From NCBI GenBank assembly GCA_044892525.1, contig CM097885.1, forward strand, positions 12,154,001-12,218,000: a DNA stretch of 64,000 nt, in the 5' to 3' direction. A program made the position numbers and the translations under genes. Every line of letters begins with the position of its first letter. The stretch's first letter is position 1. The notes under the pieces are model-generated. The model made no database searches and had not been told where the DNA came from. It saw only the letters and a program-made list of their open reading frames with translations. Below, in pieces: positions 39,975-53,580 of this stretch. This DNA is from Schmidtea polychroa. Taxonomy: Eukaryota.

Positions 39975-42469
39975 TGGGATTTGCAATGGGTATTTTAACT
40001 TAATTGAAAATTTTAGACCTTAATTTACTTAATTGAAAATTTTAGACCATAATTTTCATGTAAAATTTTAGACCATAATTTACTTATTTGAAAATTTTAG
40101 ACCTTAATTTGCTTAATTGAAAATTTTAGACCTAATTTAATTTAATTGAAAATTTTAGACCTTAATTTACTTAATTGAAAAATTTTCATTTCTCAGGCGC
40201 CGTTTAGTAGGTAGATAGTGGCCCGCTGCAGCAATGACTTTTTTTTTCTAGGATTTTCAATACAAAAAAAAAGTTGCAATAATTGCGCAATCAAATGTTG
40301 CAGCAAAAAAAAAGATGCAGCAAAAAAAAGGCTTGCATTTGCAGCGGCCTCCTAACTACCTACTAAACGGCGCCTGAGAAATGAAAATTTTTCAATTAAG
40401 TAAATTAAGGTCTAAAATTTTCAATTAAATTAAATTAGGTCTAAAATTTTCAAAAAAGTTAATTATGGTCTAAAATTTTCAAATAAGTAAATTATGGTCT
40501 AAAATTTTACATGAAAATTATGGTCTAAAATTTTCAATTAAGTAAATTAAGGTCTAAAATTTTCAATTAGTAAATTATGGTCTAAAATTTTAAATTAAAA
40601 ATAAATTATGGTATATATTTTTAAACTTAAGTAAATTAGGGTCTAAAATTTCAATTAAGTAAATTAAGGTCTAAAATTTTCAATTAAAGCAAATTAAGGT
40701 CCAAATTTTTCAATTACAGTAAATTATGGTATATATTTTTAAACTTAAATAAATTAAGGTCTAAAATTTTCAATTAAATTAAATTAGGTCTAAAATTTTC
40801 AATTAAGCAAATTAAGGTCTAAAATTTTCAAATAAGTAAATTATGGTATATATTTTCAAATAAGTAAATTATGGTATATATTTTCAAATAAGTAAATTAT
40901 GGTCTAAAATTTTACATGAAAATTATGGTCTAAAATTTTCAATTAAGTAAATTAAGGTCTAAAATTTTCAATTAAGTAAATAATGGTCTAAAATTTTAAA
41001 TTAAAAATAAATTATGGTATATATTTTTAAACTTAAGTAAATTAGGGTCTAAAATTTCAATTAAGTAAATTAAGGTCTAAAATTTTCAATTAAAGTAAAT
41101 TAAGGTCCAAATTTTGAATTAAAGTTAATTAAGGGTCAAAATTTAAAAGTAAAGTAAATTAAGGTTCTAAAAAATTAAATTAAAGTTAATTAAGGTCCAA
41201 ATTTGTAAATTAAGTAATCAATGGTCAAATATTTCAAATAAGTAAATTAAATTAATAATTTTTAAATAAGTAATGTAATAAGCAAATTAAAGTAAGATTT
41301 TAAATTTATTAACAAAATAATAGAAGGTGTTTGAGAATTGAAATTTTTTAATGAAAATTTTTATGAAATAATTTTTTAAGTAATTTTAGATGGAAATTTT
41401 TATGGAATAATTTTTAATGAAAATTTTTATGAAATATTTTTCAATGAAAATTTTAAATGAAAACTTTTATGAAATATTTTTCAATGACAATTTTAGAAGA
41501 AATTTTTTGAAATAATTTTAGATGGAAATTATGTAAATTAAGGATACATTTTTAAATTAAAGTAATCAATGGTCTATATTTTAAACTTCTATATTCGGTA
41601 AACAAGAACTAAATTAAGTAAATAAAGGGTTAAATTAAAGAAAATTATGACTAAGTTAATTAGATTTAAAGAATAATTACCTTTTCATTTAACACTACAG
41701 TGTTAATTTTTACCATTTTAGAATATTATTTTTTATCAAAGTTCTTATCTTGATTTATTTAATTTTAATTGAATGTATTGACAAAATAGAGCGTGTTGTC
41801 TTCAATTTTAATGAATTAATTTGAAAGATTATTTAGATAAATTTTGGTGTTTAAGGTATTCATTAGTAATTATTTTTTTATAGTTGATGGTTTTTGTGAA
41901 TTTTTATCATTTTCGTGAATTTCATGTGGATTGAATGAATATTTAAAAATTTTAAGTTAGTTCTAAGATAAATTTAATTAATTTCTTGATAATTGGATGC
42001 ATTTTAATTGATTGGTTTTTTTTTAATAAAAATTATTTTTAATGACAGTCAGGTTAATAATCATGTGATAGGATATAACTTTGTAATAATATTTTTTTTT
42101 CATATTTCTAAGAATTTCATGTTGATTTATAAAAAAATTTAAAGTTTTAATGATGATTTTAATTGAATTTCTTGATAATTTGTTAAATTTTAAATAAAAA
42201 TTAATTTTTTTTAATGACTGTTAGGTTAATAATTATGTAATTGGTTTAATTTTAGATGACTTTGTAATGCATTTGACTAAATAATTTTTTTTCAATAATT
42301 TTCTAAGAATATTTACACATTAAAAGATATAATTATAGTCATTTAAACGGGATTTTAAGCAATCTTATTAGTCTGAGGGAAATATATAGCCTTTTAAGGG
42401 TATTTATCGATAAAATACTTATCTTTAAAGACATTGATATTTCATGGAAATTTGATGCTTTCTAGATGA

Positions 42470-43042
42470 TTTTAGTAGAAAATTTACTTGGATATACCAA
42501 TTATTGACATTTAAATGAATTTACTGGTTTATTAGATGTCATCATTAGTTATCTAGTCTCTTTTGGAATTTAATGATAATTATTTTTATTGTAGATTGTT
42601 GACTTTGATAATGGTAATGAATTCATACTGAATTTTGTGTATCATTTGAGGAATTAGTAAATAGATTTCAATATACGTGTATTACTTTTAAAAAATAATT
42701 AAAATTAATTTATTTCAATTAATTTATTCAATCAAAATAAATTATCTACTAGATCTTATTATCTTTATTATCTTAGTTGATTAACTTGAATGATTTTAGA
42801 AAATTTACTTGGATATACCAATTATTGACATTTAAATGAATTTACTGGTTTATTAGATGTCATCATTAGTTATCTAGTCTCTTTTGGAATTTAATGATAA
42901 TTATTTTTATTGTAGATTGTTGACTTTGATAATGGTAATGAATTCATACTGAATTAATTTATTTCAGTTAATTTATTCAATCAAAATAAATTATCTACTA
43001 GATCTTATTATCTTTATTATCTTAGTTGATTAACTTAAATGA
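42470..43042. repeat. Local tandem duplication (about 320 bp and 250 bp copies, the second internally deleted)
   Basis: TAGAAAATTTACTTGGATATACCAATTATTGAC...GAATTCATACTGAATT and the following TTTATTCAATCAAAATAAATTATCTACTAG block each occur twice. Confidence 0.9.
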
Positions 43043-43921
43043 TCAGTATTTTTTTTTATTTACTGGATGATTAATGACTAGAATTTAAAGTTCTTTCGTC
43101 CATTACATTTTGTTATTTATTATGTTTTGAATAATTTAAATTTTTACAATGATTTATTTAATTTTTATCTAGTTATTGGAAAATCATACAAGTACTGGTA
43201 ATCAGTTAATTAATGAATTGCATTTTTTTTTATTAATTTTTCATCCAATTTTTCAAGTGAAGAGTATTTTCTTTTAAAGATCAATTTTTTATTACATAGT
43301 TGTTGGTTGTAAGTATCTGGTTGTTAATATTTGGTATCTGATTGATAGAGTTTAGTTGTAGATGATGACAAGAATATATTGCATGTGATGAAGAATATTT
43401 TGTATTTAATTGCTATTATTTTTATGTGTTGTTAGTTGATTGTTGGTACTTGGTATCTTGTATTTAGTAGTTGGTACAGTGTTGTTTACTGATTGTTGTC
43501 ATATAGTTGTATATATTTGTTAATTTCTCGATAGGTTTTGATGGTGGTTGTTAGTACATGGTTGTAAGTGTTTAGTATTTTGTTGTTTGAAACCTAGTGG
43601 TAGCTAATTAATGAGTAGGTGGTAGTTGAGTGTTACCAATATTGCAGGTGAAGAGGATTTTCTTTTAAAGATATATTTGTTATTACTTGATTGTTTTTAC
43701 TTGGTTGTTAGTACATGTTCGTAAGTTACTGGTTGTTGGTACTAAGTTGTTGGTATCTTGTATTTGGTAGTTGGTACAGTATTGTTTACTGATTGTTATA
43801 TAGTTGTAGGTTGATAATACTTAGTACCAGGTTGATGTTGGTTGTATGTACTTGGTATTTAGTTGTTAGCTGGTTGATGTTGGTTGTGAGTACTTGGTAG
43901 GTGGTGGTTGAGTGTTACCAA

Positions 43922-44003
43922 TACCCCTACGACTAGTACCTTTACGACCAGTACCCTTACGACCAGTACCCTTACGACCAGTACCACTACGACCTGTACC
44001 CTT
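43922..44003. repeat. 15-bp minisatellite (TACCCTTACGACCAG, about 5 copies)
   Basis: Directly visible tandem copies with a few substitutions. Confidence 0.9.
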
Positions 44004-44449
44004 AGGGGGTCAAAACATCCTGTCGGATAAACTCAGTATATATAATAAAACTGATCAACAATAAGTAGTTATTGAATGTGATTTTTACTTTGCAATAATA
44101 AGTCAGTAGTTATCAATTAAAAGAAGAATGTTTTGTAAATTAGAATTCATTAGTATTTCATTGTAATTTAAATTATTTTGAATTCCAAGTAGTGATGAGT
44201 TGACAATTATTCGTTTTTGATGAAAATCAACATTTTTGTTAAATTTAGACATTTTGAAAAGATTTTTTCTATTGATTGTAATTAAACATATTTTTGAAGA
44301 AAGATAAAAAATTAATTTAAAAATCATTTGATAAAATACAATAAAGAATACTTAGTTGGTTGTTAGTACATAGTTGTAGGTACTTAGTAGTTGGTTGTAT
44401 GTACTTGGTATCTAGTTGTACCTGATAGTTGTTGGTATCCGATTGTTTA

Positions 44450-44532
<83 letters not shown>

Positions 44533-44777
44533 GATTATAATTATTATTATTTTTATCAATATTATTATTATTTTTATTATTTAAAACAATAAAATGATAA
44601 TTTAAGCCTTTTGCTGCAAATAATGTATTTAATGAAAGAATTTTCGACTATACGATAGTCCTTGTCAATTATTATTTTTAATTTTATTTTTTATTATGAT
44701 TTTCATTATTTTTTATTATTTTTATTATGATTATTATTTTTATTAATATTAATATTATTTTTATTATGATTATTATG

Positions 44778-44846
<69 letters not shown>

Positions 44847-46779
44847 ATTAATATTATTTTTATTATTTTTTATTATTATTTTTATTATTAATTTTTATTA
44901 TCATTGAAATTTGCATCTAAATTTGCCTTTGAAAATTATTTCATTAAAATTTCCATTTAAATTTGTCTTTGACAATTATTAATTCATTAAAATTTCTATT
45001 TAAAATTAGCTTCAAAAATTATTCCATAAAAATTTCTATTCAAATTTAACTTAAAAAAATATTTCATAAATATTTTCAATAAAAATTAACTTAAAAAAAT
45101 TATTCCATAAAAGTTTCTATTAAAATTTGACTTTAAAAAATTATTTCTTAAAAATTTTATTTTAAATTTTTATTTCTCAGAAGCGGTTGGTTATTCCAAC
45201 TTTTGTTTATAAATTTTAATTTAAAGTTTTGAACCTATAATTTAAAAATAAAACATTAATTTACCTATTTATCCTTGTATTACTTTATTTAAATTTTTTT
45301 ACCATAATTTACAACCAAATATAGCCCTTATTTTCATATTTAACCAATAATTTCATGTAGTGAATGATTAATTGACAATGATTTGCATCTTTAATTACTA
45401 TTGAAAAATAATACATAAAACTTTCCATCTAAAATTAACATTGAAAAATAATTCATAAAAATTAACTTAAAAAATAATTATTTCATTAAAATTTTCATCT
45501 AAAATTAACATTGAAAAATATTTCATAAAAATGTCTATTAAAAATTATCTTAAAAAATATACGTTAAAAATTTTCATTTAAAATTTTCAATTCTCAATCA
45601 CCAACTATTATTCCAACTTTTGTAAATAAATTTTAAAATCTAACTTTAACTTTTTTTACTTATTACATTACTTAAATTTACTTATTTAACTTTAATTTAA
45701 AGTTTTTTTTTTTACCATTGATTACTTAATTTTAAATTTTGAACCTTAATTAACTTTAATTTATTTTTTAGAACCTTAATTTAGTTATTTGAGCCCATTG
45801 ATTACTTTAATTTAAATATTTGGACCTTAATTTACTTATTTGAACTCATTAATTGCTTTAATTTTAAATTTTAGACCTTAATTAACTCATTTGAACCCAT
45901 TGATTACTTTAATTTAATTTTTTTTTTGGATCTTAATTTACTAATTTGAACCCATTGATTACTTTAATTTAATTTTTTTTTAGAACCTTAATTAACTCAT
46001 TTGAACCCATTGATTACTTTAATTTAATTTTTTTTTTGGATCTTAATTTACTAATTTGAACCTTAATTTACTTATTTCAGCCCATTGATTACTTTAATTC
46101 AATTATTAGACCCATCATTTACTTTAGTTTAAAATTTTGGACCTTGATTTACTTTAATTTCATAATTTAGCCTTTAATTTACTTATTTAACTTTAAATTA
46201 AAATTATTGACCATTGTTTACTTTTAATTTAATTTTTAGACCCAATATTTAATGTAATTCAAAAATTTGGACCATAATTTACTTTAATTTAAAAATCTTA
46301 GTCCATAATTTACTGTAATCCAATTTTTAGACCCATAATTTGCTTTATTTTAAAAAATTTACCATGTTTTTTAGTGTAGACCACCTTTTTGTATTTAAAA
46401 TATCCTGAGACCTTGAATTACCAAACTTTTTTAGTGTAAACCGTCTTTTTGTATTGAAAATCCTAGGACTATGGAAACCCCCCCTCACTTTAGTCTGAAT
46501 AATCCATGCTTTTTTAGTGTAGACTACCTTTTCTATTGAAATTCTCAGGACCAAGGAGACCCACCCAAATAATACTTATTCTTGGCTTGTTTATTGAAAA
46601 AAAAAAATTTTTGTATTTAAAATCCCAGAAAAAAATCATTGGAGCATGCGGCAACAATTATGTAATCAAAAAATGTCTACGGAAAAAGTTATGCAATCAA
46701 AAGTTTGCAACATTTTTTACCCCCCCCCCTATTGTTCCCGTAAGCTACTAACTACCTACTAATCATATATATTTAATAA

Positions 46780-46894
<115 letters not shown>

Positions 46895-46902
46895 ATTATT
46901 AA

Positions 46903-46972
<70 letters not shown>

Positions 46973-47082
46973 ATTATTATTATTATTAATATTACTATTA
47001 TTAATATTATTATTAATATTATTATTATTATTAATATTACTATTATTAATATTATTATTAATATTATTATTATTATTATTAA

Positions 47083-47119
<37 letters not shown>

Positions 47120-47206
47120 TGTCTAAGATGAAACCTAGAATTGTAAACATTTAGAAAATAAATAAATAAAACCACAACAAAAACAGCATTGATAAAGATC
47201 ACTAAC

Positions 47207-47285
47207 GTTGAGCATTGCATCGTCGAATGATATTGTCAAGAAATGTATTTTGTGGTGCTACTAAGCCTCTTCTAGATCCAGACAT
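47207..47285 (-). CDS. eag: eag K+ channel, first coding exon (PAS-cap)
   Basis: Hand translation gives [26 protein letters not shown], the KCNH PAS-cap motif [11 protein letters not shown]. It ends in a phase-1 donor (C|gttagt) matching the phase-1 acceptor at 22121. Not in the ORF track. Confidence 0.93.
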
Positions 47286-47661
47286 TGTAAAATTTCAATG
47301 AATTCAGAGCAAATATTTGAGTAAAATAAGTTCACAAGAATTCCTAAACTTTAATATCAAAATTGGAATATTCGAAAGATTAAAGAATCAGTTTATTTGA
47401 CATCTCGGTTGTAGTTAGAAGAGTCGTTAATTTTCAATCTACTGACAGCCTCCTATTAAGAACTCACTAACCTGATTTTGATTGGTCAATATTGTGTAAA
47501 TTATCTTTTCTTATAGAAAATTTTGATTGATTTTCAAAAAACCGTGCAAATGAAAATTGACTTGGAAATTCATTAAATTTAATAATTAATTCATCAAATA
47601 AGTTCCTCCGATATGCATTTTTGATATAATAATAATTCAAAATTTGGTAATGATGATGATG

Positions 47662-47757
<96 letters not shown>

Positions 47758-47802
47758 GTATAAAATCGTAAACAAAATATATATTTAATTAATTTAATTT
47801 GA

Positions 47803-48855
47803 TTATAAATTAAAACCAAATTTGAAATGGTCATCCTCTTCGTATGTAAAGGTGGATTTGCCAACAAAGTATGCTCGTCCACTAATTTGTGCCTTGATAC
47901 ATTTAAATTCCGCATTCGAAGTTATTAAAATATTTTCTTCTAATGGAATTCCGAGGAAATTTGAATGATCTCCAAGGAGGGGGTTTCTAGTAATTTTCTT
48001 TTGCATTAATTTCAATTTATGAGAAAAATAATCTCGAGCGACAATTGCAGTTGTTCCTGATCCACAAGGACTTCTGTCAACAGATTCTTCTCCGAAGATA
48101 CAAAGAACATCTGTCGTGTCACTATTTTCATGATTTTCGGTTATTAATACTCCATATAGATAGGGGTTTGGATTAACCATTGATTGAGGAAACTTGAAGG
48201 ATTTTCTTAGAGTTTTCATTAACGAAATTCCATTCTCGATAATTTTATCTTTATTTGAAGAGTTAAAATTAGTTTTCAAATCTTCGGTTGATATAATTGC
48301 ATAAAAGTTTCCTCCATAAACAATATCACATTTTAAAGGAATTTCATACTGAGGAATGGAGACTTCGTAGTTTGTATTTAAAACAAAAGCTGGAACACTG
48401 TGAAATTTGGTTTTGCCGATTTTTTCTCCATCCCATTCAACGAACAATATCACCAAGCCGCATGGACAATCTAATTTGACTTTAGTTTCGGGGATTTCTG
48501 GAGTTATGAGATTCTTCTCCAACACATACCGACCAATTGCAATTGAAGCGTGTCCGCACATTGATGCGTAACCTGAAGAGTTTAAAAATAAAATCCCTAA
48601 ATCTGATCCACTGTTTTCATTAGGTTCAGTGATTATTACGCCAAACATATCTTTGTGACCTCTCGGTTCCAGCATTAGCATTTGTCTAATAAAATCGAAT
48701 TTTTCCGAAAAAAATTGCTCTTTATCTGAAATATCCAAGTGGTCAGGGAATCTTATTTTCGGTTCGGTACTTTCAAGAATTCTTACGGGTTCCCCGCAAG
48801 TGTGCATCTCACAGGTTTCTAACTTGTATCCGGTTGAGAACGTACAGTTTGTCAT
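47803..48855 (-). CDS. Proline racemase family protein, second paralogue (L3HYPDH-like scaffold, Cys/Cys type), intronless
   Basis: 350-aa intact ORF with MHTCGEP, LEPRGHKDMFG, GYASMCGHA, CPCGLV, FHSVPAFVL, YGGNFYA, DRSPCGSG; colinear with the 37128 ORF. Confidence 0.94.
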   Translation of the reverse strand: MTNCTFSTGYKLETCEMHTCGEPVRILESTEPKIRFPDHLDISDKEQFFSEKFDFIRQMLMLEPRGHKDMFGVIITEPNENSGSDLGILFLNSSGYASMCGHASIAIGRYVLEKNLITPEIPETKVKLDCPCGLVILFVEWDGEKIGKTKFHSVPAFVLNTNYEVSIPQYEIPLKCDIVYGGNFYAIISTEDLKTNFNSSNKDKIIENGISLMKTLRKSFKFPQSMVNPNPYLYGVLITENHENSDTTDVLCIFGEESVDRSPCGSGTTAIVARDYFSHKLKLMQKKITRNPLLGDHSNFLGIPLEENILITSNAEFKCIKAQISGRAYFVGKSTFTYEEDDHFKFGFNL

Positions 48856-49469
48856 TTGGTCTTGAATAAGTAAATTTTTTGATGAATTTTTACTATGCTA
48901 TTTATACAAGCTACTTTATTCTGGTCACGAGACCCTTGGTTTCATAGTTAATACACTTGAACTTAATTTTTTATTGTGTATAATATTTGCAATTAATTGT
49001 TTACACAAAAACAACTTAATATTACAAAGATCAAAGGTTTATTTTGTTTGTTATGGCATATTGGCGTCATTCGATGAAGGTATTAGTTGTTATTTTATGT
49101 GAATTATGTATGAATGGTACTTTTAATGAAATTGTGATTAAAAAATTAAAATATGTTAAGTTCAAGGACATCGATGTTGGTTTAAGGTTATTTTAAAGTC
49201 AAAAAAGTCGATTTAAGGAAAAGCTTGATTTAGACACTCATGTGTTGAAAATGTTGTTCAAATGGTTTTAAGGTCGGTTTAAGGGTCCATTTTTAGGAGT
49301 AAGTTTGAGTTTGAGTTATTCAACAGTTCAAAAAGTTGGAAGTAGTCAGGCTTTAAGGGTAAAGTCTTTTTAGAGTAACTTTGCGGGGGGAAACCTTGGT
49401 TTAAGGATTTGAAGGTGTAATTTATGGATCACATTTTATGAGTAGGCTCAATTTAGATTCACTTATGAT

Positions 49470-49868
49470 CAGTGCTCGAAGTGGAACAAAATATGTGCCG
49501 GGATAGGCATGCTGTGGCACCCGGGATTCCAGGCTTTTATGCAGAAATTTTCAGTTGGGGATGTTGCAAAACTTTGGGGGGTGTCCACCCATTTAATCAT
49601 AAGTTTCAGAATATACCTACCTATCCATTACTGCTGCTTGGGAAATTCTTAATTGAATAGAGAATAGAGAATAAAGAATATATATATATACATACATATA
49701 TGGATGTACTATGTGTGACCTTAATTGCAGTATTTGTGTGCCTATAAAATGAAATAAGTACCGGGATAAACCTATAGATTATATGAAATGAAGTGCCGGG
49801 ATGCAATTCCGCCTACATAATCAATGCCGGGATAATATCCCGGCTATCCCGCCTCACTTCGAGCACTG
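49470..49868. mobile_element. hAT-type MITE
   Basis: Perfect 14-bp TIR CAGTGCTCGAAGTG, perfect 8-bp TSD CTTATGAT (49462-69, 49869-76), repeated internal CCGGGAT motifs. Confidence 0.92.
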
Positions 49869-50039
49869 CTTATGATCAAAAATGATGGCTTTAATGGGTA
49901 AGAAGTGTGTTCAAGTGGTTAGTTTTAAGGGTAACCTTAATTTAAAAGTCTTGATTTAAGAATAATAATAAAGTGATAATTTAAGCCTTTTGCGGCGAAT
50001 AATGTATTTAATGAAAATATTTTCGACTATTAGATAGTC

Positions 50040-50144
<105 letters not shown>

Positions 50145-50225
50145 TATAATTATAATTATAATAATAATAATTATAATTATAATAATAATAAAGTATAAAA
50201 GGCTTAAATTATCATTTTATTGTTT

Positions 50226-50403
<178 letters not shown>

Positions 50404-50949
50404 TTCAGATGCACACACAAATCAATGCTTCTTGGTGCATAGCAGAACAATTCCTCGCAGACATACACACACGCACGCACACGCAAATAGCAACAGCACT
50501 GCAATTCAATAAAAATGCTGCTTTATTGCTATTGTTAACGATAAATTATTTTAGAATATTTATGATAACAGTTTTCTTTTTGTGTGAAGCTATTTTATTT
50601 AACCAGAAATGATAAAATTAACATTAAATTGATTATAAAAAATGGAATAAAATTAAAATTAAAATAATGGAAGACTGAGCATAATCAACAAGAAATTAAT
50701 TAGGAAATTTTTCGGTAATAATAATAAATTTATAGGTGATTATTATTAAAATGATTTTTTTTTCAAAAAAATATTTGTTTACTATTATCACTGAACTTAC
50801 CCCACCTTACTACTAACATTTGATACTTTCCAAGGGTTACAATATATTTATTACATATTTTTTTATCTAATATTAGAATTAACTTAATCTTGAATCAATG
50901 TTGATAATCAGAGTTCTAGTTTATTTAACAATATTATATTTAGTAATAA

Positions 50950-51099
<150 letters not shown>

Positions 51100-51104
51100 T
51101 ATAA

Positions 51105-51870
51105 GATTGCCTTTTAACTCTCTTCTATTATTTGATGATGCACCAGGTCATTACCAAGATTTACAACATAAAAATGTAGAAATTGTTTTTTTTACCAAAG
51201 AGAACAATTTCCTTCGACTTTCAAGGCACTGTATATCAAGCAAACCTTCAGGTACATTTTAAAACAAATTGAGAATCTCTTACTCTTATGGTTGCTTGAA
51301 AGAAATTTATAATCTTAGATTATGTTAAGCATGTTGTACTATCATATACTCAAATTAAACAATGAACGCTCAACGCCAGATGGAAAGCAATGTAGCCGAA
51401 TGCTGTTGAAGTTGATAATGATAGATTACTATTAGAGCATGAATATTTTACTATAGGAAGAGGATTTAGCTAAGGACGATATTAAAGAAATAATGACTGA
51501 TGAAAATCTAAATAAGGATGATTTAGTTAGCATGATTCTGATGAAGAGTAATCTAAGCCAGTTACGTTCATTGCAAGAGTCGTCAGCATAGGACTTGAAT
51601 TAGGAAGAAAATCGGGTAATTAATTTTTACAGTATGACCAGAATGTTGAACGATCTCTCCGATTCCAGTGATATGTTAGTAAGTGCTTAAATTAATATGA
51701 CAAGGTCTATAAAGATTTAGCAAAATATACAAATTTTCGTCGATCTGAGATCTTCCCTTATTCATCCACCATTGAACCAGAATCGCATCAAAAACTATCA
51801 AGTGATGAAAGTGACATCATACCAATCAAGAAGAAAAGACTGATAGTTCATGAAAGTGATGACAGCAATT
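51105..51870 (+). pseudogene. Tigger/pogo (TIGD1-like) transposase remnant
   Basis: LLLFDDAPGHYQDLQHKNVEIV...LPKRT resembles the Tigger DNAPGH...FLP motif; multiple stops and frameshifts downstream. Confidence 0.75.
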
Positions 51871-53543
51871 AAACTTATAATTTTTTTTAATTATATATAT
51901 ATATATAGTGTATTTTGTGTAAGTCTGTATCACTGTCTGACTCTTTGATGTCCTTTTATTAAGCAAATCGAACAACACAACACAATAATATTTATTCGAA
52001 ATTACCTAAATTACACTTTTTATCTATTACACACTTTAATAAAAATGGAACTATATAAATTAAATAATTATGCTTTTAAATTTCATTTATCTTCATTTCA
52101 ACTATAGATCAATGTTTTTTTCTATTTAAAACAAACTTTGGAGTTTCAAAATATTAGTAAAATTGTTTTGCTTCGGGTTTATGATATTGACTAAAGTCAG
52201 AGCGTGGCTGATTGTTGGATAAAATAAGTTTGACTTCTGAACATCTCGGGACAAAATTTACAATTCAATTTTATTTTACTTGGAAAAATGTATTAGCTCT
52301 TTCAATGATCCCAATATTTTGAATCCTGATAATTAAATAGAATAGATGTTTAGGTGTTTTTTTATTTTTCCTTCATATTCCATAAATAGAAACAAGAATG
52401 CAAAAAATGTATCAAATCTCAAAAACAAAATTGTTTACTAAACATATTATTATAATTATATATAAACAATGTCAGAGACAAAAGAGTATGTGGTTACCCA
52501 GGAATGAATTTTAATGGAGTTCAACAACACCCATTTTTGCAAAGAGAAACTCACCAATCAGTGAACACATTTGAAGTTAACTTTTATTCTAAAAACAAAA
52601 AATTAAAATTATCTTTTCTTTTGCCACACCTTATTTTTCAACATTATTTCAACTTAAAAGGCACTTAATTTACATTTCTGTCAAGAGTTTTGAGAACGTT
52701 ACACATTAATTTAAATAATTTACCATTATTAATAATAATATATTTTTATTACTGTATTTTTCATTTGCTTTAGAATGGGTAGTAGTAAATTTCATAAGGG
52801 GTTCTTAGGCTTTTATCATTCATACCCTCTCCAAATGCTAATTTGTTGCTCCTACCTCACATCTATATCCGAAATAAAAACAATTTTTTTTTATATATAT
52901 AATAGTTTTCTGAAAAAATAATAATAAAGTTATACCTACCTTGAAACATCTGTATAAATTTCTTTGTATACATTCGGTATATCTGTATACATTGGCCTTT
53001 AATAATGTCGGCATTATTAAAGATAAATAAGTTAGATTTATCACGTACCTTATTTGTATCTTTTTTTATGAAATCCTTGAAAAAAAAGCATTTTAGAAAT
53101 AAAATTTTAAGAGGCATTATATTTGCGGTAGTATTGCTGTAGCCAAAAGCCTGGGATAGATCCCACTTAATTCAAAAATCTGAGAATAACCAACCAAGTT
53201 TTATTTTGTTTTAATGAAATCTTTTAATTTTAATAATCACAAAAGGAGTTTCAAGTTTTCAAACTAATTTTGAATTAAAATATGACAATAAATGATTAAA
53301 ATTAAAAAAAATTTTAAAATACAATTAGAGTCAATGTAATTGGATAGAGGAGCATTTAATAATAATAACGCAAATTTTAATAATAAATTACACCAAATTG
53401 TTTTTTCAAATCATAAAACCATTATTGGAAATGTTATTGTTCATGTTAGCTTGAAATTATTTTATATAATCTAAATGTCCATCATAATCAAATTACGCAA
53501 TTTATTTCTATAAGAATTGTGCCAAAATAAACAATTTGATCAA

Positions 53544-53580
53544 ATTCACTTGAAAAAGGCAGTGCCGAAAATTCGTGAAT
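53544..53580 (+). ncRNA. Variant minimal hammerhead-like motif (U3-A8 core)
   Basis: ATTCAC-TTGAAAA-A-GGC(agt)GCC-GAAA-ATTC-GTGAAT: 6-bp stem I, 3-bp stem II, palindromic AATT stem III; related copies at about 5691, 6979(-), 7023, 27706, 53925(-) and 53970. Confidence 0.68.

Larger units (their letters stand above)
39997..46760. mobile_element. Large element of the same foldback family, with minisatellite-rich inverted arms
   Basis: About 29-30-bp repeat AATTAAGTAAATTAAGGTCTAAAATTTTC (40385-41250) is mirrored at 45700-46345; 46345-46760 resembles 5280-5617 and ends CTAACTACCTACT; GT-rich low-complexity interior is shared with 4575-4740. Confidence 0.62.
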
